In this document: positions 1-8,581 of the stretch, in pieces
Position numbering within the stretch: position 1 is the stretch's first letter
How the letters are laid out: each line of letters begins with the position of its first letter
Sequence record: PX915677.1
Length of the DNA: 64,000 nt
DNA from: a phage
Reading direction: 5' to 3' (one strand)
Notes under the pieces: generated by a model
Database searches by the model: none
Seen by the model: the letters and a program-made list of their open reading frames with translations, nothing else
Told to the model about the DNA's origin: nothing
Translations under genes and position numbers: made by a program

Positions 1-522
1 GTTGTTGACAAGACCAAGAATGGTCCTGCTGACCCGGATACTGGTGCAGTAACTGTTAAAGTTGCACAGAATGCTTCTAACCCGACCACTAACATTGGTT
101 TTGATGAAGCTGATATCTTTGATATGACCCTGCAACTGTATACCGCTGGTTCTGAAGCAGATATCATCATGATTAACCCAGCTCATGCTAAGATCTTCGC
201 TGGTCTGCAAGAAAATACTCAGGGTTCACGTAAGCGTATCTTTGAGAACACCAAGCAGTTCATCTACGAAGTTAACAGCATCACTGACCCGCTGGGCCAG
301 AGCTACAAAATCATCGTTAACCGTTGGATGCCTACCGATGCAGTTTACTTCTTCCGTAGCGCTGACTGGACTCAGATGGTTCTGCGTGCTCCGAAACGTA
401 CTGAACTGGCTAAAGACGGTTCTTACGAGAAGTGGATGATTGAAATGGAAGTTGGTCTGCGTCACCGCAACCCGTATGCTTCCGGCGTTCTGTTCACTGC
501 TGCGGGAAAGGTGGCGGCGTAA
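1..522 (+). CDS. major capsid protein, C-terminal part (5' partial)
   Basis: Frame-1 ORF open from base 1 to TAA 520-522 (...FTAAGKVAA*); lies directly upstream of tail genes, followed by a strong terminator and a -1 frameshift Ig-like extension as in T7 10A/10B-type capsid genes. Confidence 0.6.
   Translation, partial: VVDKTKNGPADPDTGAVTVKVAQNASNPTTNIGFDEADIFDMTLQLYTAGSEADIIMINPAHAKIFAGLQENTQGSRKRIFENTKQFIYEVNSITDPLGQSYKIIVNRWMPTDAVYFFRSADWTQMVLRAPKRTELAKDGSYEKWMIEMEVGLRHRNPYASGVLFTAAGKVAA
504..510 (+). other. -1 programmed ribosomal frameshift slippery heptamer GGGAAAG
   Basis: G_GGA_AAG in the capsid zero frame just before the capsid stop; -1 frame is open 444-1046; same heptamer class as the lambda G/GT shift site. 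Confidence 0.5.
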
Positions 523-1046
523 CAGTAGACAGTGTGACTGTTAGCCCTGCGTCTTTAGCAAGTCTAGAGACAGGGGCTACTCGGCAGTTCACTGCAAGCG
601 CGGAGAAAAGTGATGGTTCTACCGAAACAACTGGCTTTACTTGGTCAGTGACAGGAGGTGGTTCTATCACTCAGTCGGGTTTGTATACTGCTCCGAGTGC
701 GTCTCAATCCACTGATGTATCCATTACTGCAACTTTAGAAGGTGTTTCTGGTACAGCAACCATTTCTGAAATTGTTGCTCCTGCTCCTACTATTGTGAGT
801 CGTGGGCCAATTACAGGTAAAGTAGGTGGTACTACCACTAACTTCAACACCATGTTTACTGTAACTAATTCTATTGCTGATGATTACACACTTGTTGTAA
901 CTCCCGCAGAAGCTGGTACAATAAGCGCTAATAATTCGTTAAAATTAGATGCTGCTGCAAGTGGCGAAGTTACTGTTCAAGCTAGTTTGACAGCTGACCC
1001 GTCCATCAATGCAACATGCACTTTTACTGGTGTAACACCTGCTTAA
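510..1046 (+). CDS. Ig-like (Big_2-type) domain extension fused to capsid protein by -1 frameshift
   Basis: Post-slip reading GGGVTVDSVTVSPASLASLETGATRQFTASAEK...; Ig-like T/S/V-rich pattern; the listed GTG start at 534 has no Shine-Dalgarno. Confidence 0.5.
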   Translation, partial: GGGVTVDSVTVSPASLASLETGATRQFTASAEKSDGSTETTGFTWSVTGGGSITQSGLYTAPSASQSTDVSITATLEGVSGTATISEIVAPAPTIVSRGPITGKVGGTTTNFNTMFTVTNSIADDYTLVVTPAEAGTISANNSLKLDAAASGEVTVQASLTADPSINATCTFTGVTPA

Positions 1047-1052
1047 AATTAG

Positions 1053-1080
1053 ACCCTGCCTTCGGGCGGGGTTTTTTCGT
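1053..1080 (+). terminator. rho-independent terminator after capsid gene
   Basis: ccctgcc-ttcg-ggcgggg stem (UUCG loop) followed by TTTTTTCGTTTT. Confidence 0.7.
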
Positions 1081-1105
1081 TTTAAGACCTATACAAGCTA
1101 GTGTG

Positions 1106-1114
1106 TAATGTATA
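1106..1114 (+). promoter_or_regulatory. candidate phage-specific promoter element TAATGTATA
   Basis: 9-mer recurs 34-59 nt upstream of gene starts on the coding strand (1106+, 18161+, 29392-, 35956-). Confidence 0.4.
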
Positions 1115-1147
1115 TTCTTTGTCTACATATAACAAGGAGGACAACCT

Positions 1148-1660
1148 ATGGCAATGCCAGATTTCAGAGGGGCTTTTACATATAACCCAAATACAGGGCA
1201 TCTTTTCTGGTCTATGAGTAACGTATTCAATAAACAGAAAGGGAAACGTGCTGGATGTATTAATAATAAAGGATATCGTGTATTAACCTTCAAGAAGAAA
1301 TCATACCTAGAGCATAAGGTCATAGCTGAACTCTTTCTTCCTAAAGTAGAAGGGAAGGATTATGTCAACCATAAGAATGGAATAAAAGACGATAACAGGA
1401 TTGAGAATCTAGAGTGGTGTACTCAACAAGAAAACTGTACACATGCTTTTGAAACAGGCCTCTCAACACCTAGGAGTCTTGAGGATAACCCTAATTCCAA
1501 ACTCACTAAAGAGCAAGTTCTCTTTTGTTTGGAGAACTACAAACCGAGAGATAGAGAGTTTGGAGCTAGAGCCTTAGCTAGAAAGTTTGGGGTCTCTAAA
1601 AGCACAATATCTCTCATTACTAAAGGCGTAAACTGGAAGGAGGTTTATTATGATGCCTGA
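1148..1660 (+). CDS. HNH homing endonuclease
   Basis: HNH motif ...DYVNHKNGIKDDNRIENLEW...; C-terminal HTH-like region; SD aaggagg; overlaps next gene by 11 nt as expected for an inserted free-standing HEG. Confidence 0.75.
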   Translation: MAMPDFRGAFTYNPNTGHLFWSMSNVFNKQKGKRAGCINNKGYRVLTFKKKSYLEHKVIAELFLPKVEGKDYVNHKNGIKDDNRIENLEWCTQQENCTHAFETGLSTPRSLEDNPNSKLTKEQVLFCLENYKPRDREFGARALARKFGVSKSTISLITKGVNWKEVYYDA

Positions 1661-2399
1661 CGTCCAATACCCCATCAATACCTATGGGTGGCTAAAGAAG
1701 GCCGTGGCCCTCTGGGCAGATAGGGACGATGACGAATTTGTTAATCAAATTCCAAACTTTATTAACTTTGCAGAGAAAGAGATTTATCGTAACTTACGAA
1801 TCCCTCCTCTGGAAAAAGAAGTGTATTTAGATATCAAAGATGGAGTAGCTTATATTCCTCCTGATTACTTAGAAGCTCAATGGATGATGAGAGCCAAAGA
1901 TGGTACAATCTTCCAAGTAACCTCTCCTGAGGAGATTAGCTATCGTAGACAGCATGGAACAATTAATCCATCTCACTGGAATAACCAACCTGTTAACTTT
2001 GCTCGTTTCGGGAGTCGTTTCATTTTCTACCCTAGTATTGAAGCAGATACTCCTGTTTATCCTGATGATGGAAGCCCTTTAATTCCAGCAGAAAACTCAG
2101 TGATTCTTAGCTATTATGCAGACCCACCGGAATTCCACGAAGATACAGATACCAGTGCTATTCTTACTATCGCACCAGAACTTCTTCTGTACTTCACCCT
2201 ACGTCATGCTTGTCTCTTTGTTCAAGATGATAACGGTGTTCAGAAATGGTCAGCATTAGGAAAAGCTATCCTTGATGAAATGGTAGAGCAGAATAAGAAA
2301 CAAGAGTACTCAGGTTCACCTATCGCAATTCCGAATAACATGACTCGGCTTCAGAGCAGCTTGCCTGATATTTATGGTATTCGTACTTCTCGTGTATAA
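1650..2399 (+). CDS. virion structural protein (tail tubular/adaptor-like by position)
   Basis: 249-aa ORF with GGAGG SD immediately after capsid; function inferred only from synteny. Confidence 0.4.
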   Translation: MMPDVQYPINTYGWLKKAVALWADRDDDEFVNQIPNFINFAEKEIYRNLRIPPLEKEVYLDIKDGVAYIPPDYLEAQWMMRAKDGTIFQVTSPEEISYRRQHGTINPSHWNNQPVNFARFGSRFIFYPSIEADTPVYPDDGSPLIPAENSVILSYYADPPEFHEDTDTSAILTIAPELLLYFTLRHACLFVQDDNGVQKWSALGKAILDEMVEQNKKQEYSGSPIAIPNNMTRLQSSLPDIYGIRTSRV

Positions 2400-2408
2400 G
2401 GAGATAAT

Positions 2409-4685
2409 ATGATCGTTTATAATAACCAAGCACCTGATGCAGTGAATAACGTTGGGCAGTTTGGTGCTACTGAAGGCTCTATCGGAGCTTACAAGCAAGC
2501 AGCAGAATATGCAGCTGACTCCAAATATTGGGCACTGCTAGCAGAATCTAAGTTTGGTACAATTGATGATTTAACCGCTGAAGTAGAACGTCTATATCAA
2601 CAGGGTGTTCTGATGAAGCAGGATATTGAAGATCTTAAGCAGGATTTTAAGGATCAAGATGCTCGTTTGATGACTCTGATTGCCCAAACCAACGCAGCAG
2701 TATCGGATGCTAATAATGCCGTTGCTCTCATTAACCAAAAACTTATTGAAGTCCAGAATCAGCTTGATGTTCTGTTAGGAATGTCTGTTGATGTAACAAC
2801 TCTCCCTCCGGGAACTCCGGCTACTGGCTCTTTTAATCCTAACACTGGTGTAATCTCTTTAGGTATTCCAGAAGGTGATCCCGGAAAAGATGGTTCTGTT
2901 AAGGATTTGGATACAGCACCTACAGGTGTTCCAGAGCTAGGTGATTTAGGTTTCTATGTTGACAAAGATGACAATACCGTCCACAAAACTACTCTAGATA
3001 ACATTGCTAACTTAATCCCATCTGTCCGTTCTGTCTCTATTAACGGCGGTCCAGCTCTTGATGGAGAGGTTGCTCTAACGCTTAACAAAGAGACGGTAGG
3101 TTTAGGAAATGTTCTGAACGTTGCTCAGTACAGTCGTCAAGAGATTAATGACAAGTTTGATAAAACCACCAAGACATATCAATCTAAAGCAGAAGCTGAT
3201 GCTGACGCTCAATATCGTCAAGTTGGAGAGAAAGTCTTAGTTTGGGAAGCTACTAAGTATGAGTTCTACACTGTTGCTGCTAACAAAACATTAACTCCTG
3301 TTAAAACTGAAGGTAGAATTCTTACTGTTAATTCCCGTTCTCCAGACTCCAGTGGTAATATTGACATTACCATTCCAACAGGAAACCCTTCTCTATATCT
3401 TGGTGAGATGGTAATGTTCCCTTATGACCCAACAAAGAATATCTCCTATCCGGGCGTTCTTCCAGCCGATGGTCGTCTAGTGTCTAAAGAGTCTGCTTCA
3501 GATTTAGGCCCATCCCTTGTCAGTGGACAACTTCCTGTTGTTTCTGAAACTGAATGGCAAGCAGGGGCTAAACAATACTTCTCTTGGGGTAAATTGGCAG
3601 ATGGTATTACCGATGCAGATTCTACTAATTTTATCAACATTCGACTTCCTGATTGGACTGGAGGGGAGGCAATAAGAGCACCAGATTCTGATAAAGACTC
3701 TCAGTACAATGGGTCTGTACAGGCTCAGAAACCTTATGTTGTTACTGTAAATAACCAAGCTCCTGATGAGATTACTGGTAATGTGAACATCTCCAGATCA
3801 ATTTTAGGTGCTGCCGCTTCTGGTACAAACTCTGATATAACATCCCTCACGGGACTCACTACAGCACTGTCTGTCACACAAGGAGGCACTGGAGCTAAAA
3901 ATGCTGCTAGTGCTCGTTCTAATCTAGGGTTGGGAAGTGTTTCTACTCTGGATAATGTACCTATTGCTAATGGTGGGACAGGGGCTGGAGATGCTGCTGG
4001 TGCAAGGTTCAATATTGGAGCGCTAAGTAACACCCCAGCAAATTCAGGCGTAGGTGGTACTGGGGATCGTGTCCAACATGCCTCCGGGAACGGCCTGTTT
4101 ACTTTAGACTTGTTTAACTGCTACTGGTATATGCAGCCAGAGGATACTAACTTCTGGATTGCCCACGGTGTGTCATATGCAGGGTCTGGTGGCGAAGCCT
4201 CACAATACGGTCGCATATCTTACGCAATAAAGATTGCAGACGGAACAATAAAATATGTCCATTGTCTTACAAACAAAAACACCACTGTTGATGTAAACGG
4301 ATTTATCAAAGCGGCATCTCCGGTAGTTCATATTTACTCCGACGGTCGATATGAGACGAACGAGGAATCTGAGGGGGTTAATGTCATTCGGCAAGGTGTT
4401 GGTGAGTACTTGATTACCGGTTGCCTTGGCTTAAACGCAGATGCAAAATGGGGAGGCATTGACGGCGGCTTTGAAATCCCTACTGACCGCAACAAACAAC
4501 CTAGGGTTTGGCTGGACTATGAGATTAAAGAAGATGGTTCTATTTTAGTTAAAACCTATCACAGAACCCATCCAACCTCTCCGGTTTTTGCTAGAAATGA
4601 GATAGAAGGTTTTTCTGACGGTGATCCTATTGATATCCCGAGTGATGCTTTTATTTCAGTTCGTGTTGAAATGCCTTCTGAGTAA
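2409..4685 (+). CDS. tail fiber protein
   Basis: N-terminal coiled coil; repeated GGTGA..AAxARxNLGLG-type motifs (TQGGTGAKNAASARSNLGLGSV, ANGGTGAGDAAGARFNIGA) typical of phage tail fibers. Confidence 0.6.
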   Translation: MIVYNNQAPDAVNNVGQFGATEGSIGAYKQAAEYAADSKYWALLAESKFGTIDDLTAEVERLYQQGVLMKQDIEDLKQDFKDQDARLMTLIAQTNAAVSDANNAVALINQKLIEVQNQLDVLLGMSVDVTTLPPGTPATGSFNPNTGVISLGIPEGDPGKDGSVKDLDTAPTGVPELGDLGFYVDKDDNTVHKTTLDNIANLIPSVRSVSINGGPALDGEVALTLNKETVGLGNVLNVAQYSRQEINDKFDKTTKTYQSKAEADADAQYRQVGEKVLVWEATKYEFYTVAANKTLTPVKTEGRILTVNSRSPDSSGNIDITIPTGNPSLYLGEMVMFPYDPTKNISYPGVLPADGRLVSKESASDLGPSLVSGQLPVVSETEWQAGAKQYFSWGKLADGITDADSTNFINIRLPDWTGGEAIRAPDSDKDSQYNGSVQAQKPYVVTVNNQAPDEITGNVNISRSILGAAASGTNSDITSLTGLTTALSVTQGGTGAKNAASARSNLGLGSVSTLDNVPIANGGTGAGDAAGARFNIGALSNTPANSGVGGTGDRVQHASGNGLFTLDLFNCYWYMQPEDTNFWIAHGVSYAGSGGEASQYGRISYAIKIADGTIKYVHCLTNKNTTVDVNGFIKAASPVVHIYSDGRYETNEESEGVNVIRQGVGEYLITGCLGLNADAKWGGIDGGFEIPTDRNKQPRVWLDYEIKEDGSILVKTYHRTHPTSPVFARNEIEGFSDGDPIDIPSDAFISVRVEMPSE

Positions 4686-4694
4686 TTTAACAAT

Positions 4695-4713
4695 GCTCCC
4701 TTCGGGGGGCTTT
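4695..4713 (+). terminator. terminator-like hairpin
   Basis: gctccc-ttcg-gggggc stem with UUCG loop followed by TTT. Confidence 0.4.
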
Positions 4714-4725
4714 AAGGAGATTTAA

Positions 4726-6924
4726 ATGTCTAGAGAATTAATGCCCAAATCTGGTATAATGATGCCTCATGTGGTTGTAACCAGAGACGCGGCTGTTGTT
4801 GGGGTTTCTACTGTAGATGGACAGGCTGGAGCTATTAACCTCACCGGAAAATATTTACAGAAAACCGACGCAGCTGCTACCTATCAAACTAAAACAGAGG
4901 GTGCATCTAAAGATTTTGTGCTGGATTCGATTCAACCTATTATGTCTGGTGCGCTGTTCCGAGAAGACCCTTGGGTTGTTAATGATACCCCATTCCGTTC
5001 TACTGGAGCTAATGGTGTAGAATCAGTTGATATGATGAAAGTTACTACTGATAACTCAATCAAGATTGGTAGTTATGCCTCTTCAGTTCAAGGTGTAGAG
5101 ATTCATTCTGCTGGTCGTCTTCAGGTTGTTGACCAGAATGACTCTGGGGTAGAAACTAAGTATCCAGTTTATTCTAAACGTTACCGTCCTGAGATTGAGG
5201 ATTTGCCTTTTGCTGCAATTGGTTCTTATGTTAAAGACTCTAAAGGTCGTACGGTAGGTGTTACTCGTACAGGGATTAACTCTGATATCAAACAGCTCAC
5301 ACAGAAAGTTACTTTCACTCAACCAGTAACTGTCCCTGATGCAGTTGGTGATCATGATGCGGTTACTTTGAGACAGCTTCGAAACAGTGGTGGTGGCTCT
5401 GGTGGTCCTACGATGAGCGGTATCTCTAACTTTGGTATTGGTGATTTCCATTTACGTGACAGTCGAGCTTTTATTCCAGCTTTTGAGGTAACGTCAGACG
5501 GTCAGCTTCTTAATCGTTCAGAGTACCCAGATCTCTGGGCTTATGCACAGCTGTTATCCCCTATCTCAGATTCTGAATGGCTTAGTGATGCCCAAAAACG
5601 TGGACAGTACTCTACTGGTGATGGTTCTACTACTTTCCGCGTTCCAGACCGCAACGGGGTTCAGGTCGGTTCTATTAGGGAGCTATTTGGTCGCGGTGAT
5701 GGTGGTACATCATCCAACGATGGTGTTATCTATGATTCTGCTGCACCTAATATCAAAGGTAAGGTCGCTGGTGTATCAGCCGGGACTTATGCAGGGATAT
5801 TCGGGACGTCTGTGCAAGATTCATTCTATACGGATAACAGTTTGTATCCGGCTGGTGGAGGGGACACTATACCTCCGGGGTCCGGTGCAGTTGATGGACG
5901 TAATAATACTCTAGTCTTCGACGCAAGCCAGTCCAACCCAGTTTATGGTCGTTATAGTATCTCTGACAACATTATACCGAGAAACTTTGTGGGGGTTTGG
6001 ACTATTCGTGCTCATGGTGGATTTGTTGCTGCTAATACTTCTTGGTCTGTTATTAATAGTGACACCACACGACCTTCCAACGGAACGAAAGTTTCTAGTG
6101 GGTCAGTTGTCTCTGAGTATAAAATCGGTTCAGAAGTAGAAGCTTCTACTACTCTCAAAACTGATGCCTACATCAACGGAGCTTACTATGGAATCATTGA
6201 CGTCTACAATAAAACTAAAGGAGTTACCAAGCAGTTAGCTTTCGACGATTCTGGTACACTGAATTCTGATAGGTATGTTTCTAGATTTGGCACTTTGATG
6301 TCTTGGAGTGAAACAGGAGCTAGGAAAGGAACATTCTCCATGGACAACCAAGGGCTAGGGTCTAACTTCTCCTTCAATTCCATACTAAGTGCTTCTCAAT
6401 CATCTAGTGGGGGATACAAGACCACCACTCATGTTGGCATGATTCACAACGACGCCGGAACTTTTGCCGATTCTTGCTGGCACGTTGCAGGTGATGAAGA
6501 CAACAAATACGGTTGCCGTCTAACACTTCGACCAAACAGGAATGAGATTTTATATTATACTTGGCAACCCGGCTCTACTGGAACATACACTCTTGCTCTG
6601 AATCCCGTGTCAGATGAAAGATTAAAACATGATATCCAAGATATTTCCCCTGAGAAAGCTATCAAAGCTATTAAAGGTTTGGATTTCAAATCATTTGTGT
6701 ATAACAATGATGAGCAAGGAAGAACTCGTCGTGGTATTATTGCACAGCAAGCAGAAAAGGTAGAACCTCTTTATGTTAAGACTCGTAGGTTCCACGACAA
6801 TGATGGTGTAGAGCAAGAACAGAAAGAGCTAGACTCAGCTCCTATGCTCCTTGATACTATGCAGGTTGTTCAAGACCTTCTGAAGCGTATTGAAGTTCTA
6901 GAAGCAAAACTAGCAGAGAGGTAA
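4726..6924 (+). CDS. tail fiber/tailspike with C-terminal intramolecular chaperone (peptidase S74-like) domain
   Basis: C-terminus ...NPVSDERLKHDIQDISPEKAIKAIKGLDFKSFVYNND...GIIAQQ... matches the autoproteolytic chaperone domain of phage fibers and endosialidases; SD aaggag. Confidence 0.65.
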   Translation: MSRELMPKSGIMMPHVVVTRDAAVVGVSTVDGQAGAINLTGKYLQKTDAAATYQTKTEGASKDFVLDSIQPIMSGALFREDPWVVNDTPFRSTGANGVESVDMMKVTTDNSIKIGSYASSVQGVEIHSAGRLQVVDQNDSGVETKYPVYSKRYRPEIEDLPFAAIGSYVKDSKGRTVGVTRTGINSDIKQLTQKVTFTQPVTVPDAVGDHDAVTLRQLRNSGGGSGGPTMSGISNFGIGDFHLRDSRAFIPAFEVTSDGQLLNRSEYPDLWAYAQLLSPISDSEWLSDAQKRGQYSTGDGSTTFRVPDRNGVQVGSIRELFGRGDGGTSSNDGVIYDSAAPNIKGKVAGVSAGTYAGIFGTSVQDSFYTDNSLYPAGGGDTIPPGSGAVDGRNNTLVFDASQSNPVYGRYSISDNIIPRNFVGVWTIRAHGGFVAANTSWSVINSDTTRPSNGTKVSSGSVVSEYKIGSEVEASTTLKTDAYINGAYYGIIDVYNKTKGVTKQLAFDDSGTLNSDRYVSRFGTLMSWSETGARKGTFSMDNQGLGSNFSFNSILSASQSSSGGYKTTTHVGMIHNDAGTFADSCWHVAGDEDNKYGCRLTLRPNRNEILYYTWQPGSTGTYTLALNPVSDERLKHDIQDISPEKAIKAIKGLDFKSFVYNNDEQGRTRRGIIAQQAEKVEPLYVKTRRFHDNDGVEQEQKELDSAPMLLDTMQVVQDLLKRIEVLEAKLAER

Positions 6925-6928
6925 TATA

Positions 6929-6946
6929 AGCCCCTTCGGGGGCTTT
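6929..6946 (+). terminator. terminator-like hairpin
   Basis: agcccc-ttcg-ggggct stem with UUCG loop, then TT. Confidence 0.45.
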
Positions 6947-7016
6947 AGTAGTGAGTACCCTTAGTAAGTAATGAAACTAATATATCCCAAGAGGTTAATA
7001 TATAGGAGACACTCAA

Positions 7017-7235
7017 ATGAAAATGATGAAACAAGCTGCATATGGTTTAATATGTTTAGGCGCAGGTGTTGTGGTATCCACCGCAGTTCCTGTAGGCGCA
7101 GTTCATCCATTAGTAACTGTCCCTGCTCCAGTAGAGAAGCTTAGCTCTCAATGCAAGCAGAGAACAATTCAAAATAACTTAGTTGTTATTTGCCCTGATG
7201 CTGAATCTAACGCTCTGAGAAAGATACTACCTTAA
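7017..7235 (+). CDS. small membrane/secreted protein adjacent to endolysin (holin or lysis accessory candidate)
   Basis: 72 aa, N-terminal hydrophobic segment AAYGLICLGAGVVVSTAVPVGAV; SD taggag; directly upstream of the lysozyme gene. Confidence 0.35.
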   Translation: MKMMKQAAYGLICLGAGVVVSTAVPVGAVHPLVTVPAPVEKLSSQCKQRTIQNNLVVICPDAESNALRKILP

Positions 7236-7264
7236 TTTAAAGGGACTACAAAAGGAGGTTAGAA

Positions 7265-7756
7265 ATGGATAACGTCGCATTGCCACCTGTACAACTAAAC
7301 TTAAGCCCAGCTGGAATGGAATTCATCATGAAGCATGAGGGTATGAGAACAAAGGCTTATAAAGATTCCGCAGGTATCTGGACTATATGTGTAGGGGCTA
7401 CGCGCGATATGAATGGTTATCCGGTTAGACAAGGATTAACGTATTCTATAGAGGATTGTCTAGCTCTGCTAGATAGAGACACACAAGACTCTGTTCGTGC
7501 TACTCAGAAGAACATAAAGGTTCCTTTACTGGTTCATGAGTTTGATGCACTCACTTCTTTCAACTTCAATGTTGGCAGTGGGGCTTTAAGCACATCTAAG
7601 TTAAGGAAGGTAATCAATGGAGATGTTAAGGGGGATGTTTATTCCGAATTTCTTCGTTGGGATAAAATAACGGTCAAGGGAGAGAAGCAGAGAAGTCAGG
7701 GTCTTCATAATAGAAGAGTTGCAGAAGCTAATCTTTACACCGAAGGTAAATATTAA
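7265..7756 (+). CDS. endolysin, phage lysozyme (GH24-like)
   Basis: ...FIMKHEGMRTKAYKDSAGIWTICVGAT... with the Glu/Asp/Thr catalytic pattern of T4/P22-type lysozymes; SD aaaggagg. Confidence 0.8.
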   Translation: MDNVALPPVQLNLSPAGMEFIMKHEGMRTKAYKDSAGIWTICVGATRDMNGYPVRQGLTYSIEDCLALLDRDTQDSVRATQKNIKVPLLVHEFDALTSFNFNVGSGALSTSKLRKVINGDVKGDVYSEFLRWDKITVKGEKQRSQGLHNRRVAEANLYTEGKY

Positions 7757-7768
7757 TGGAGGTGCCTT

Positions 7769-8572
7769 TTGGCTATCGAAACTAATGCGGTAGTTATTAC
7801 CGACTTAAACCCACTCTATCCTAGAGACAGGGATTACATCTACGAAGGGGCGGCTCAAATCCGCCTCATTAAACAAACGTTACAGAACACATTCCCCAAT
7901 GTTACAGAGCCAGTTGATATAGATTCTGACACCTTTAAGATCATGTCAGAGAAGCTCAAATTTACTGGTGATGCAATGGATGTTGGTGGTCTTATGATCA
8001 AGAACGTTACTCCGGGAACTGGTGACAAGGACGTTGTTACTAAAGGCCAGATGGAAGCGTTCATGAAGAACTGGATGGAGAATAAAGTATTCCGTATTGG
8101 TGCTTACTATATCACTGAAGAAGACATTAACCCCGGTGATTCTATCTCCTTAGGGTTTGGTTCTTGGGCTAAAGTGACTGGTGTCATTATGGGTACTGGT
8201 GTAGTAAACCCTGATGGTTCTGTCCCTAATGCTCAGAGAGTTGAGTTCCAAGCAGGTGGTACTGGTGGTCGTGTCTTCAATACCATTCGAACAGAGAACG
8301 TACCTTTGATGACAGTTAATGGCTCCAGCTTCTCTCTGTCCAGTAATACTCATAGTCACAATATGGTGTTTGGTCGTGGAGATGCTAGTGGTCATAACAG
8401 CTCGCCAAACTGGTATAGTCCGGGTGGTGGATATAGTCAGAGAACTGATAATGACACACATACTCATACAATCTCTGGTAGTGTAAGTCTTGGTCGTGAT
8501 GATATTTCTCGTCAACCTATTAACACTTTGCCACCATTCAGAGCAGCTCACATTTGGAGACGTATTAGCTAA
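7769..8572 (+). CDS. tail fiber/collar-like structural protein
   Basis: 267 aa; TTG start 6 nt after GGAGG; Gly/Ser/Thr/His-rich C-terminus (HTHTISGSVSLG...INTLPPF) resembling fiber collar domains. Confidence 0.4.
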   Translation: MAIETNAVVITDLNPLYPRDRDYIYEGAAQIRLIKQTLQNTFPNVTEPVDIDSDTFKIMSEKLKFTGDAMDVGGLMIKNVTPGTGDKDVVTKGQMEAFMKNWMENKVFRIGAYYITEEDINPGDSISLGFGSWAKVTGVIMGTGVVNPDGSVPNAQRVEFQAGGTGGRVFNTIRTENVPLMTVNGSSFSLSSNTHSHNMVFGRGDASGHNSSPNWYSPGGGYSQRTDNDTHTHTISGSVSLGRDDISRQPINTLPPFRAAHIWRRIS

Positions 8573-8581
8573 GGAGGAATT

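Noticed and set aside
185-465. Two short ORFs (185..439 +, 226..465 -) inside the capsid gene
   Set aside because: Alternative frames of the clearly coding capsid ORF
534-1046. Ig-like domain ORF as an independently initiated gene from GTG 534
   Set aside because: No Shine-Dalgarno upstream; the frame is open back to 444 and is reached by a canonical slippery heptamer in the capsid frame
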